This document shows, one piece after another, positions 18,456 to 28,822 of a DNA stretch of 64,000 bases. The notes under the pieces are model-generated. The model ran no database searches. It saw nothing but the letters and a program-made list of their open reading frames with translations, and had not been told where the DNA came from. Position 1 is the stretch's first letter, and each line of letters opens with the position of its first letter. Location of the stretch: positions 1-64,000 of the IMG/VR virus record IMGVR_UViG_3300005573_000063; one strand, written 5' to 3'. Both the position numbers and the translations under genes were made by a program. The stretch is from a virus.

Positions 18456-19772
18456 ATGGCTGCAAAGTCTTTTAACGTAATTCTACGCCCAGGCGTAGCA
18501 CAAGCTACTCTTCCAGATCACCGCAAAATGGTCCCTGGCGTAACCTACACCGTAGATCAAGATACCTTTAGGCGCATCTCCACAGGTGCTTTGGAGAAGG
18601 TTATCCTAGTGTCTGAAGTTAACTTCACCGCTCCAACCGTGTGGGGATCAGACAACAACCTATCCATTGTTAATAGCCAAACCCTTCTTACTACTTCTAG
18701 TACAACTGCTACATTACCTCAGGTATCTGGTGTTGCCTTCCAAGGATTCTCGGGTGAATTCTTCAACACTCAGCCAGGAAACACTGTAAGAGGAAGCCAA
18801 GAAGGCGACCGTTACATGTTTGTTGGTAACGGAAGTTCTGCAGACGCTATTGCAGTTGGAGATGTTCTAGTTTGGTCTGATGAAGCAAACCGACTTGTTA
18901 CTAATCAGCGTCCTACGCTTTCAGGAGTAAACGTAGACACCAACGTAGGAAACTTTGCAGGTATTGCTATCTCTGCTATCCCAGCCTCTAATTTTGGTTG
19001 GATTCAGATAGAGGGTGAGTGTGATGCTTGTTCAGTAAGCTCAGCAATCACGGCCGGTCAGCCTCTTGGAGTAGATACCGTAAATGCAGGAAGAGCTACT
19101 TTGGCTGGTTCTCTTGCAGTTCTCTCAACTGCATCTGCCACTTATACTCTTACCACTTCTACTGCAACTGCTGGTACCTTCACACTAGCATGGAATGGCG
19201 TAAGCACAGCGGCAATTCCCTACAATGCAGCTGCCTCTGTTATTCAGAGTGCCTTAACTGCAGTTACACCTTCGGGTATTGGAGCTACCGTTGCAGTAAC
19301 CGGAAGTGGTCCTTTCACCATTACCTTGACAGGTTCTACTATAGATCTAACCCTCAATTCAACTGGTATTACTGGAACTGTTACCTTAGTAGTGGCAACT
19401 GGCAATACTCAGACATTGAGCATTAGCTCTTCGGTTACTGGTGGAGTTATTGGTATAGTCTACGGAAACTACGTATCTGGAGACATTCCTTGGAATGCAG
19501 ATGCAGCCTTAGTTCTATCCTTCCTCCAGGAAATCCCTGAATTTCCTACTGGTGTTAGTGTTACTGGCGGACCGCTTCCAGGAACTATTTCAGTAGTCTT
19601 CCCAACCACAGATACCGTATTCTTGGGAGCTGTCGTAGTAGATGGTCTAAGCTACGGGGAATTTGGCCCTACCTTTGGAACTGCACTTACTTCTTCATCT
19701 TCAACGGTTGAAGTTCTAATTCGTTCCTCTAAAGTGAAGGTCCCTTACTCTAGATTCTACAATAAGAACTAG
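18456..19772 (+). CDS. Virion structural/decoration protein
   Basis: T/G/S-rich; FGWIQIEG motif; two GTFTL...IPYNA modules. Confidence 0.55.
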   Translation: MAAKSFNVILRPGVAQATLPDHRKMVPGVTYTVDQDTFRRISTGALEKVILVSEVNFTAPTVWGSDNNLSIVNSQTLLTTSSTTATLPQVSGVAFQGFSGEFFNTQPGNTVRGSQEGDRYMFVGNGSSADAIAVGDVLVWSDEANRLVTNQRPTLSGVNVDTNVGNFAGIAISAIPASNFGWIQIEGECDACSVSSAITAGQPLGVDTVNAGRATLAGSLAVLSTASATYTLTTSTATAGTFTLAWNGVSTAAIPYNAAASVIQSALTAVTPSGIGATVAVTGSGPFTITLTGSTIDLTLNSTGITGTVTLVVATGNTQTLSISSSVTGGVIGIVYGNYVSGDIPWNADAALVLSFLQEIPEFPTGVSVTGGPLPGTISVVFPTTDTVFLGAVVVDGLSYGEFGPTFGTALTSSSSTVEVLIRSSKVKVPYSRFYNKN

Positions 19773-19849
19773 ACCTATAGGATCAAAGATTAATTAGAGT
19801 TTTTAGCATTACATATAATGCTTGATAGTCGGTTATAGTCGATACACTA

Positions 19850-19882
19850 GATAGGTAGGCATCTTAATGGTGTCTACCTATC
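19850..19882 (+). terminator. Stable hairpin
   Basis: GATAGGTAGGCATC-TTAAT-GGTGTCTACCTATC. Confidence 0.45.
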
Positions 19883-19900
19883 GCTCTATTTAGGAGAATC

Positions 19901-20479
19901 ATGTCTGAAGCTACCGAATTTAAAGGAGTCTTCTTGAGTGACGAAGCTGCTCATTATCAAGAAGAGAAAGAGGAGCTGATTGCCAAAAAGAGTCAGCAAA
20001 AACCAGAAAAGGTAGATGCATTTCCAGATGCATGGAAAGAAGACTTCGAGGGACTTACCTACTTAGGCTATTTAGAAGATGTAGTGGAAATTCCATATCA
20101 TAGTTTTCTGATAAGAACTCTCACGGTAGGTGAAAAAATAGAAATCACCAGAATTACCAAAGAGTTAGTAAACGTTCTAGGGTATAACAGAGCATATAAA
20201 GCTGCTGTTGTAGCTGCTGGTCTTCAGACTGTAGATGGTAAACCTCTTATCGCCGCCAACAAGGCAAAGTCAGTTGTTCGAGAACGCTATGAATATGTAG
20301 TGAATGCATGGTATGACCCTGTGATTGACCTTCTTTATCAGGCTATCAACAACCTGGAACTACGTGCTCTTAAAGTAATGTATGAATGTGGTGTAGTTTC
20401 ATTGCCACCCATTGCAGCTACTCAGCTGAACGAGGCTGTTGAAAAGATTACAGACACAGCTCCAGAATCGGAAGAATAA
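19901..20479 (+). CDS. Tail assembly chaperone
   Basis: Acidic; IRTLTVGE motif; lies between the tube and tape measure genes. Confidence 0.6.
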   Translation: MSEATEFKGVFLSDEAAHYQEEKEELIAKKSQQKPEKVDAFPDAWKEDFEGLTYLGYLEDVVEIPYHSFLIRTLTVGEKIEITRITKELVNVLGYNRAYKAAVVAAGLQTVDGKPLIAANKAKSVVRERYEYVVNAWYDPVIDLLYQAINNLELRALKVMYECGVVSLPPIAATQLNEAVEKITDTAPESEE

Positions 20480-20982
20480 TGCATTTTGACTGTCCAAATG
20501 GTCATATCATCATAGGTTCTTCTTTTTGCACTCTATGCGAGAGTGACCGATCTGAGCGTTGGCTTTATAATCAATATGTCCGATATCATGCAGATATGGC
20601 ATATGAGCTAGGTCTGTTCAAAGGAGTAGATATTTCTCCTCTTCAAGAGTCTCTTCTTGCATCTACCAAGATTAGAGAGACTCACGATGAAGCTGAAGCT
20701 AGGGATGCTAACTTTGAACAACAATTTTGGCTTCATAATCCCGAGGGCTTTCATAAGTGGAAGAAACAACAAGAAGAAGATCGTCTTCTTGGCATAGATC
20801 GAATAGAGTGGAAAACCCCCCAGTCTCTAGAAGAAGCTTCAGAAATCTCCAAAATACTTCAACAAGTAATGAATGGGGAAGGGGAAGAAATAGATTTAGA
20901 TGATGATGAAGATGCTTCTTTCATAAACTTCCCGGCTGAGCAATTTGGTTTTGATACCTCTCTCTTGAAAGATGATGAATAA
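20479..20982 (+). CDS. Second tail assembly chaperone-like protein
   Basis: Directly upstream of the tape measure gene. Confidence 0.45.
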   Translation: MHFDCPNGHIIIGSSFCTLCESDRSERWLYNQYVRYHADMAYELGLFKGVDISPLQESLLASTKIRETHDEAEARDANFEQQFWLHNPEGFHKWKKQQEEDRLLGIDRIEWKTPQSLEEASEISKILQQVMNGEGEEIDLDDDEDASFINFPAEQFGFDTSLLKDDE

Positions 20983-20984
20983 AA

Positions 20985-23237
20985 ATGGCTGATAATGTCA
21001 TGGGTGGAGATAATCAAGTTTCATTACCTATGAATATTGATTTCCGTCTAGATGACGCTGCCTCCAATGCAGGAGCATTAGCTAATCAGTTGGACGAAGT
21101 TATCAAGGACATGGAGACGATCAACTCCTTAACTTCAGATACTTCGGACAGATTAAAAGAGATTGTTCAGGGAACTGAGCAAGAAGGAACTCTTCTTCAG
21201 CAGCTTATTGGCTACGAACAAGAGTTGCGCAGTATCTCTGAACAAAGATTAATGACTTTACAGCAGAGTGTTCTAGAGTATGAGAAGATGGAGCAGATTG
21301 TAGGTCGTATATCAGAAATGGCAGGAGGTTCTCCTAATGCCATGAATGATTACCGAACCTCCTACAGCACTATAGGCTCTCAAATGAGTATGGGTCCTAC
21401 CTCAGGGACAGCGGGAGCACCCCTTGAGTTAGCTTCTGCGGTAGCTGCAGGGACCCTAGCGAGCGGGAGAATATCAAATGCTAACATCTCCGCTCCTAAT
21501 TATAATATCCCACAGGGAGGGGGTGTAGCCCCCATAGTTCTTCCAGAAATTCCCAACGAAGATAACCTAAAAGGTTCTTCTCCAGGAGCCAATGCTCATG
21601 AAGGACCTGTAAAGAAGATGATGGAGGGAAATGGGAATGCTATGGAAGAGGAATTCCTTCCAACTCTGTTAGGTAATCTAGCAGGGCGCCTCCCTCAGGG
21701 AGGGATGTTGGGAAGACTTAGAGAATTAGGATTGAGTGGGAAAACCTCAATAGGAGGTATTCCAATTTCTATGGGAGAAGTAGCAGGAGGATTAGAAGGA
21801 GCTGGAGTATTAGGAGCGGGATATGCTGCATATCAAGGCATAGGAGATTTGCTAAGACAGGGCCAGCAATACACAGCTCTTACTGGTGGAACAGGAGTAA
21901 TGGGGGCTATGGGATATAATGCTCAAGCTTTCCTGTCAGGTCTTAATCCACTCTTAGGATTTGGTCAAGCAAAACAAATTATTCAGACTGGTCTACAACA
22001 GGGTTATGGTGGAACTGCGTTGCAGGGTCAATATACTAATTTTGCCATGGGAGCTGCAGAAAATTATGGTATATCTCCTCAAGAATCTATGGGAATGTTT
22101 CAGTCTGCTGTGGTACAAGCTGGTGCTTCTCTTCAATCTCTTTCATCTGGATTAAGTTCATTAGCTTCTGCAGCTCAAGGACATGCTGGATCATTCCAAC
22201 AAATGACGCAAGCCTATGGCACTAACCTTCAAGCTCTTGCTGGAGTGGGTGCAGGAGCAGAAGCTCCAACTGTAGCCTCTGAGCTTTCTCAGATGTTTCA
22301 GAAAAATCCAGCTACTCGTGGGATTAATCTTGGAACTCTGCTTAATAGTCCTCAAGGGCAACAGCTTTTAGCTACTCAATTACATACTAGTGTTACAGGT
22401 TTGTATTCCACATTACAAGGAATGAATAATAAAGGATTAGGAGGAGCTGCTACAGAAAGTAATGCATTTACCGGAGCGATCCGAAGCCTCCTTTCTCCTA
22501 CATTGACTCATGGACATACACGTCAAGATATTAATAATGCAGCGTGGCCTATCTGGAAAATGCTTCAAGGTTATGGATTCAATATAAGTGAAAATCAAGC
22601 TGCCCTTATGGCTAATCAGTTGTTTAATGGACAGCCTGCTATAGCTCCGGAACAGAGAGTATTAAATGCTGCATTAGGAAAACCGCTTACTAACCCAATG
22701 GGGGGTGTCGGAAATGAACTAAATCCTCATTCCGGAGTTTCTCATCAAAACCTACTCAATCAACAATATGGACTTCTTGAAAGAGAAGCTATGCGGAAAT
22801 CTCCTGAGTTGAACACTTTCATACATAGACAAAATGCTCACTATGGGGGACTTCAGGATGCGTATGTAAAAACTGCAGGGGGGCAAGAAACTTCTCTGAA
22901 TAAATTATTGATGTCGAATGGTGCCACACCTCTGAATACGTGGAACGCATTGGAACAAAATAGACTTCAAGTTTCAGATAGGACAATGAAAAATGGACAT
23001 GCTACATATGGACCATGGCAATCTCTTAGTGCATCTCAAGGACTTTATGCAGGAGTAGCTAATCCGGCTCAGCAATTTGGCTCTCCTCAACAAGTTCAAG
23101 TGAATATCAAATTTATTGGGAAAGCGGCTCAACTTCTTACTACTGAAAATGGTATGACCAATCACCAAATAGGAGCAGGTGCTAATAGGGGATCTGCTAG
23201 GGCTAACCAGAAAATCAAAGCAGCTCAAGTAGGATAA
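20985..23237 (+). CDS. Tape measure protein
   Basis: 750 aa, G/A/Q-rich and helical with an N-terminal coiled coil; synteny. Confidence 0.7.
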   Translation: MADNVMGGDNQVSLPMNIDFRLDDAASNAGALANQLDEVIKDMETINSLTSDTSDRLKEIVQGTEQEGTLLQQLIGYEQELRSISEQRLMTLQQSVLEYEKMEQIVGRISEMAGGSPNAMNDYRTSYSTIGSQMSMGPTSGTAGAPLELASAVAAGTLASGRISNANISAPNYNIPQGGGVAPIVLPEIPNEDNLKGSSPGANAHEGPVKKMMEGNGNAMEEEFLPTLLGNLAGRLPQGGMLGRLRELGLSGKTSIGGIPISMGEVAGGLEGAGVLGAGYAAYQGIGDLLRQGQQYTALTGGTGVMGAMGYNAQAFLSGLNPLLGFGQAKQIIQTGLQQGYGGTALQGQYTNFAMGAAENYGISPQESMGMFQSAVVQAGASLQSLSSGLSSLASAAQGHAGSFQQMTQAYGTNLQALAGVGAGAEAPTVASELSQMFQKNPATRGINLGTLLNSPQGQQLLATQLHTSVTGLYSTLQGMNNKGLGGAATESNAFTGAIRSLLSPTLTHGHTRQDINNAAWPIWKMLQGYGFNISENQAALMANQLFNGQPAIAPEQRVLNAALGKPLTNPMGGVGNELNPHSGVSHQNLLNQQYGLLEREAMRKSPELNTFIHRQNAHYGGLQDAYVKTAGGQETSLNKLLMSNGATPLNTWNALEQNRLQVSDRTMKNGHATYGPWQSLSASQGLYAGVANPAQQFGSPQQVQVNIKFIGKAAQLLTTENGMTNHQIGAGANRGSARANQKIKAAQVG

Positions 23238-23238
23238 T

Positions 23239-23865
23239 GTGGATCTCTTTAATGATGGAGTAACAAACAATAGATTCTCTAATGAGCAAAATACTGCCTA
23301 TATTGTCTATGGAAATACAACATTCTTTCTTCCATATAATCCAAACTCATTGACCTTCAGTTATACCCTAAATACAGCGGCATTTGACACACTAGGAGGA
23401 AGAGTCCTTCAGATTCTATCTGCTAAAATAGACACTATTGATTTTGAAGGAGAAGCAGCATCTCGTACAAAATTGCTAAAGCTCTACCAGAACATAAAAA
23501 ATGTGCAGGACTGGCAAGTTTCTTACTGGAATGCTGCTGAGTTGTATATACCAACAAAGGGATGGCATTTTTCCATATGGGTTCAAGGATTTCCAGCATT
23601 AGGTTGGACATACGAGACGGTTACATACCCATACAGTATCCAATTTCTAGTTAACGAAGATTATGGCAATATCATTGAAAAAATCACTAGCCATGCCTTA
23701 GATCATCTAACTGCAAATGTGGGATTCAGTTCTACTTACACCGGAGTAGTATCGAGCAATATAGTAGCACCGCCTATTAATAGAACTACAAGTCAAGTTA
23801 AGAATCCGGCTAATAACACGTCGGGAGCTAAACATCAACGTTCTTATCATCCACGAGGAGGGTAA
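23239..23865 (+). CDS. Baseplate/tail tube initiator-like protein
   Basis: LPYNPNSLTFSY motif following the tape measure gene. Confidence 0.55.
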   Translation: MDLFNDGVTNNRFSNEQNTAYIVYGNTTFFLPYNPNSLTFSYTLNTAAFDTLGGRVLQILSAKIDTIDFEGEAASRTKLLKLYQNIKNVQDWQVSYWNAAELYIPTKGWHFSIWVQGFPALGWTYETVTYPYSIQFLVNEDYGNIIEKITSHALDHLTANVGFSSTYTGVVSSNIVAPPINRTTSQVKNPANNTSGAKHQRSYHPRGG

Positions 23866-24036
23866 ATGTCTTCAGGTCCGTCCAAGGAGGCTGTTTTTAC
23901 TACACTTCCATCATCTCCTGTTCTTTCTCAAGAAATTGAGCTAGTTAGTATGGGAGGTTTTACTTGGACATCTCAAGGGATGAGAGTAGAAACCAACAAA
24001 TCTCCAGATAAAACGATAGAAGAATTTTTCAGTTAA
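23866..24036 (+). CDS. Small hypothetical protein (56 aa, not in ORF track)
   Basis: GAGGAGG SD; MSSGPSKEAVF...EEFFS; coupled to both neighbours. Confidence 0.5.
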   Translation: MSSGPSKEAVFTTLPSSPVLSQEIELVSMGGFTWTSQGMRVETNKSPDKTIEEFFS

Positions 24037-24692
24037 TGGCTAATTACATCACTCCAGGCGCAATAGATTTTGGGACTGGTCAATACAAATCTATTCAAGA
24101 CAACACTGGTAATGCAGCTCTCATAACGGCATATTCTTCTAACTCTAGTTTAGCTAGCAATAGCTCTAATAGAATCCTAACAAAAACAACTCCTCTTTGG
24201 CTACAATCCGTACAAACTTCTTCTACTCTTCAGTTTGATGAAACACAATTGAAAAGTGGAGTGTCATATATTCCTATCCGTAGAAATGAGCAATTCTTAA
24301 TCTTTAGCGTAGTATGGCCGTTGCGTAGATTTAATGAGATGGAAGACTTCTCTTTCTCAATCAGACAACATTACAATGCCAATCTAAATCAATCTCAATT
24401 AGTCCCAATGACATTGATCTACTATAAGAACAATCTTACATTTCGGGGATGGATTAGGCAGGCTCAAAGAGGAGCTATACGATTTCAAGATTTATACACT
24501 AGAACTTTCCAAATGGAATTGATTATGCCCACCAACGGGCAAGCAGCATCTACTCAAACCCAATCCTACTCTTCTTTCGCTCCTACCAATAAAGTACAAG
24601 AAGAATATGGAACTGGCTGGTACAACATCAGTAATTCTCAAAAAAACAAATCCACTCCTATAGTAAATCTCCCTACAAAGAATAAGAAATAA
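24036..24692 (+). CDS. Baseplate/minor tail protein
   Basis: Synteny in the baseplate operon. Confidence 0.5.
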   Translation: MANYITPGAIDFGTGQYKSIQDNTGNAALITAYSSNSSLASNSSNRILTKTTPLWLQSVQTSSTLQFDETQLKSGVSYIPIRRNEQFLIFSVVWPLRRFNEMEDFSFSIRQHYNANLNQSQLVPMTLIYYKNNLTFRGWIRQAQRGAIRFQDLYTRTFQMELIMPTNGQAASTQTQSYSSFAPTNKVQEEYGTGWYNISNSQKNKSTPIVNLPTKNKK

Positions 24693-27600
24693 TGACTCAG
24701 CCACTTCAATCGGGATTTGGACTCTCAGGTACTCTTTCATATACTCCTGACATGCGTGCATATGTATCGTCGGATACTTATGGGAATCTGGACATTTCTA
24801 GTGATCTAGTCGAAATTCAAGTAACTCGTGCCATAAATTCTTTATCAACTGCACAGTTAACTGTTCAAAATAAATACAAGAAGTACGATAGACGTATTCA
24901 GGTAATGGATAGAATTACCATCTTCCTAAAAAGATTCAACTGGATGCAAGTATTTTCTGGATATGTAACAGTAGCTCCATTTGAAACTGGTACTCCGGGA
25001 GCTATTGAAATCCAAGCAACCTGTTCCTTGAAAAAAATACAAGATACATTTTGGGATGTAGGAGCAGAAGTCGCACAAACTATTTTACCTGGAGTGCTTG
25101 ACACAACACAAGCAAGCGCATTTTCCGATACTAGAATTATAGATTCTATATTCAATATGTTGACTAAGGTAGCTAACTGGCCAAGTAACAATATTCACAT
25201 ACAAGCAATTCCTCTTGCGTTCATAGAACAAGCAATTAATGCAACTAAAGCCATTTCTCAACAAACCGCCCTAGAAAATCTTCAAGCACTTGTAAGTAGT
25301 GTAGGAGCACACTCAATGACAAGTGGAAAGAGTAGTGGAAATCCTTCTACTTATGGACTTACTCAAAATCAATCCCAAAATATAAGTTATGGACCTCAAT
25401 TAAACTCTATCACTCCATGGCGTGCAGGTATCATTGGGACTAACGATAAACTTCTCTTCTTGAAGAATGAACCCACATACTCTCAATATGAAGGAGGTTC
25501 CGGTCATCGCCATCCATATGTATGCACTGGACCCTTTTCCGGATCAGCTACATTTCAGGACACAAAAGATTACTGGAAAAATCAACGTCTTCTCATAACG
25601 AGTCAGAAGAATCCGAACAAAGGAATTGTTGTTGTTCCCGTTGGATATGCCCCAATTAATCAATTCAATATAAGTCACGAAGCTGCTAATATTCTAGGAA
25701 TCAGCGCCGGAGATGGTATAGAAGTTATTTGGGTAGATCCTTCTTCTCCTTTAGGAAAAGTAAGTCCTAATCAGAATGCACAAGCTGCCTTTCAATCGGA
25801 CAGTCAATACTCTAATCAGAGCACACTTCCTTCTAGTTATCAAGCATCTGCACAGGCTAATAAAATAGTTGCAATTGCTAGACAACAAGTCAATATGCCA
25901 TATATAGGGGGAGGTGGTCATACTTCCCTAGGGGTTCTTTCCGGCCAAAAACCTAAGGGATTTGACTGCAGTGGACTTGTAATCTTTTGTCTAAGACAAG
26001 CTGGCATTCAAATTGGCAATCTCACTGCTGAGGAAATTTATCAAGAAGGTCCATTAGTTCCTTCGACTGATCCCCTACAGCCAGGAGATTTAGTGTTCTT
26101 TAGCTCTCAACCCTACTCTCCCCCAACTCCAACTGGAACTGCTTTGACAATTCCTGAATTAGTATGGGTGGCAATGACATACGGTAATTTAAGTCGAGCA
26201 AATGCTAACATTGCAGCCGGAGTAGCCGTCGTAGAAAGTGGTAACGTGGCAGGAGCTAATTACAACCCCTCTACACCTACTTCAAGTGCAAGTTTTGATA
26301 GAGGAATTTGGCAAATCAATACAATTCATCCATTCTCCAACAATAGTGTATTCACGATTAGAGGCAATGCGCAGGCTATGGCAAGTGTTTCTGGAGGAGG
26401 AGTTAATTGGGATGGAAGTGCCTTTTGGGGATCGGATCGAAGTACAGCTACTTATACATCTGCATATAACACAGCCGTGTCATGTATCCCAACTCCACCT
26501 TCATTAAACCCAGATCAAATATACATTCCATTTACATGTAGTAATTGGTCCAGCGGCTTCCTACCTTCATTGGAAAACCTAGGAGGAGTCTTTAGCTCTG
26601 CAGCTATACGAGGAGGAGATACTACGGCTACTCAAAGTGGATCTTCTACCACACAAGCAGAACACGTAGAAATTTTTGTGGGAAGCGATAAAAGTGGATC
26701 GGGGAATGATTATCTTATCGGAGCAGAAGCCCCCGGCTTAGGAGTCCAATATAGTCAGTTGAGCAATCAGACTATTGGTTCTTTATGGGGAACAAATCCT
26801 CCTCTTTACTACATGGGAGCAACTAGACCAACTGTGGGTAGCCTCCCTGGAGCTACAGATATCTCTAGCAGCATTCCCAACTCAGGAGTGGGTCCTTACT
26901 ACAGCCAGGACACTTCTAACTCTCAGAACTCTATCCCATCTAACTCGGGTGGTATTATCACCCTTTACGGCCTTTCTACGCAAGGTGCAATTAGCTCCTC
27001 TAATGCTTTTAATATTCAATTTACAGTACCACAATTCGATACTAATTCTCAGCAATTCTATAATTCTCCACGAGGTTTTATCACAGACGATACATTATTG
27101 AATTCAATTCAACAAGTATGTGGCGCATCAATGCGACATTTTATGTCAGCTCCGAATGGAGATTTTGTTGCATGGTTTCCAGACTATTTTGGAATGTATG
27201 GTACTACTCCGGCTGTACAGATTAGAGATATTGAGATAACAGACTTTAGAATTTATCGTAGTGATGATTTGGTCACTACACATGTAGGAATTTCTGGAGA
27301 CTCTACTGGAGGAGGGTTAGGACAGTCTGTTACTCTAGCAGACTGGATGGCAACTACAGGTATTGTCACCTTACAACAATCCGAAATTATGCAAATGCTG
27401 TGGGGAACAAGCTATACAGCAGCTCAATTTGACGCCAATAACTTTTTAACTCGCTATGGATTACGTCCATATGTAACTGAAGTACCAACGATTCGCAGTC
27501 ATACTCTAGAATTCACTTTTGCACTTCTAACTTTTATGCAGAAATGGTGTGACCAATATGAATCTACAATTGCCACCACATTTCTTCCAGAAGTTTATCC

Positions 27601-27793
27601 TGGTATGAGAGTAGATTTTGTAGACAGGAAAATAGAGGCATATGTAGAAGGGGTAACCCATACATGCTCTAGAGTAGTAGGTTTTACTACTGAATTGACC
27701 ATAACTGCTCCTACGCATTTGGGTAAGATTATGGAGCTTACTTCTCCTGAAGCTCTAGATGTTAACAATGTCAAGGTAATTACCGAACCATAA
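24692..27793 (+). CDS. Baseplate hub/tail lysin with NlpC/P60 and lysozyme-like domains
   Basis: Hub-like N- and C-termini; GFDCSGLV...PGDLVFF...HVEIFVG (NlpC/P60); VESG...GIWQIN (lytic transglycosylase-like). Confidence 0.8.
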   Translation: MTQPLQSGFGLSGTLSYTPDMRAYVSSDTYGNLDISSDLVEIQVTRAINSLSTAQLTVQNKYKKYDRRIQVMDRITIFLKRFNWMQVFSGYVTVAPFETGTPGAIEIQATCSLKKIQDTFWDVGAEVAQTILPGVLDTTQASAFSDTRIIDSIFNMLTKVANWPSNNIHIQAIPLAFIEQAINATKAISQQTALENLQALVSSVGAHSMTSGKSSGNPSTYGLTQNQSQNISYGPQLNSITPWRAGIIGTNDKLLFLKNEPTYSQYEGGSGHRHPYVCTGPFSGSATFQDTKDYWKNQRLLITSQKNPNKGIVVVPVGYAPINQFNISHEAANILGISAGDGIEVIWVDPSSPLGKVSPNQNAQAAFQSDSQYSNQSTLPSSYQASAQANKIVAIARQQVNMPYIGGGGHTSLGVLSGQKPKGFDCSGLVIFCLRQAGIQIGNLTAEEIYQEGPLVPSTDPLQPGDLVFFSSQPYSPPTPTGTALTIPELVWVAMTYGNLSRANANIAAGVAVVESGNVAGANYNPSTPTSSASFDRGIWQINTIHPFSNNSVFTIRGNAQAMASVSGGGVNWDGSAFWGSDRSTATYTSAYNTAVSCIPTPPSLNPDQIYIPFTCSNWSSGFLPSLENLGGVFSSAAIRGGDTTATQSGSSTTQAEHVEIFVGSDKSGSGNDYLIGAEAPGLGVQYSQLSNQTIGSLWGTNPPLYYMGATRPTVGSLPGATDISSSIPNSGVGPYYSQDTSNSQNSIPSNSGGIITLYGLSTQGAISSSNAFNIQFTVPQFDTNSQQFYNSPRGFITDDTLLNSIQQVCGASMRHFMSAPNGDFVAWFPDYFGMYGTTPAVQIRDIEITDFRIYRSDDLVTTHVGISGDSTGGGLGQSVTLADWMATTGIVTLQQSEIMQMLWGTSYTAAQFDANNFLTRYGLRPYVTEVPTIRSHTLEFTFALLTFMQKWCDQYESTIATTFLPEVYPGMRVDFVDRKIEAYVEGVTHTCSRVVGFTTELTITAPTHLGKIMELTSPEALDVNNVKVITEP

Positions 27794-28356
27794 TGTATAA
27801 TATAGGAAAGCCTCATCCAACAATATACAAACGGGTTACTCTAGTTTCAGAAGTACAAGATCCTACCGTTAATCCGAATTATCCCTTTTACTGGGTATTG
27901 GCTGCAGATGCAACCGGAAGTACAGGAGGGTTTACATATCATGTGAATCTTTCCTATTTACCATCTGGAGTTAATTTAAGTCTAATTCGATCAGGGCAAG
28001 AATGGCTTATCTACAATCCGACTACTCCCTATATTTGGTGCTTAGATAAATCAGTAGGAGGGTTTCTAGATACTGGATGGTCTTCAACTACTCCATCTGA
28101 TCCAGCATATAGACAAATAGACAATATAGTTTATTTTAGAGGACTCTCCAGTGGAGGAACAACTTCTTGGAATCCATTCACACTTCCATTAGCTCAATGC
28201 CCTCCTAGTACTGTTGGTGTGGCTACTGCCGTAGAAATAAGTACAGGGTATGTAGGAGGAATTGTAATAATAGGCACTGACGGTGTTGTAACTGGATATT
28301 ATGGTGGCACTTGGACATCTTTTTGGTTGACAGGCATCTCTTTTCCGATAAACTAG
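27793..28356 (+). CDS. Baseplate/minor tail protein
   Basis: DTGW...YRQIDNIVYFRG...FTLP module common in tail proteins. Confidence 0.5.
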   Translation: MYNIGKPHPTIYKRVTLVSEVQDPTVNPNYPFYWVLAADATGSTGGFTYHVNLSYLPSGVNLSLIRSGQEWLIYNPTTPYIWCLDKSVGGFLDTGWSSTTPSDPAYRQIDNIVYFRGLSSGGTTSWNPFTLPLAQCPPSTVGVATAVEISTGYVGGIVIIGTDGVVTGYYGGTWTSFWLTGISFPIN

Positions 28357-28364
28357 GATCACAT

Positions 28365-28814
28365 ATGAAATGTTTTAAAGTTGAAAATGGAGATTTAGTC
28401 TTAGGAGCGGGGAATAGACTTCTCTTTGCAGACTTCAAATCTAAGCTAATCCAAGATCTTACTATCTGGATGCTCGAAACTTATGGAATTGGATTTAGTA
28501 CTCCTAATTTTGGGTCTAACTTAGATACTTTCATTGGGCAAGCAAGTCCACAATTGTTAGCTGCTCAAGTTCAAACTGAAGTTGCACGTATAGTGGGACT
28601 ATATCAAACACAGCAACAGTTGATGCTTCAACAATCTGCTTCTACCAATCAACTTTCTAATTGGTCTAAATCTCAAATTATTCAACAAATCAACTCTATT
28701 CAGGCAATTGTTCAAGGTGTTCAAATTGCAGTTCAGGTGACTCTTACGACATTGGCTGGAGTTGCAACTTCATTACAAGCAACAATTTCTTCCGCTGGCA
28801 TCACCGTTTCTTAA
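28365..28814 (+). CDS. Baseplate wedge subunit (gp25/W-like)
   Basis: NGDLV...KLIQDL...PNFGSNL; start reassigned to ATG 28365. Confidence 0.7.
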   Translation: MKCFKVENGDLVLGAGNRLLFADFKSKLIQDLTIWMLETYGIGFSTPNFGSNLDTFIGQASPQLLAAQVQTEVARIVGLYQTQQQLMLQQSASTNQLSNWSKSQIIQQINSIQAIVQGVQIAVQVTLTTLAGVATSLQATISSAGITVS

Positions 28815-28822
28815 AGGAAATT

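Noticed and set aside
19901-20982. Programmed frameshift between tail assembly chaperones
   Set aside because: No convincing slippery heptamer near the junction; a simple TAATG stop/start overlap explains it.
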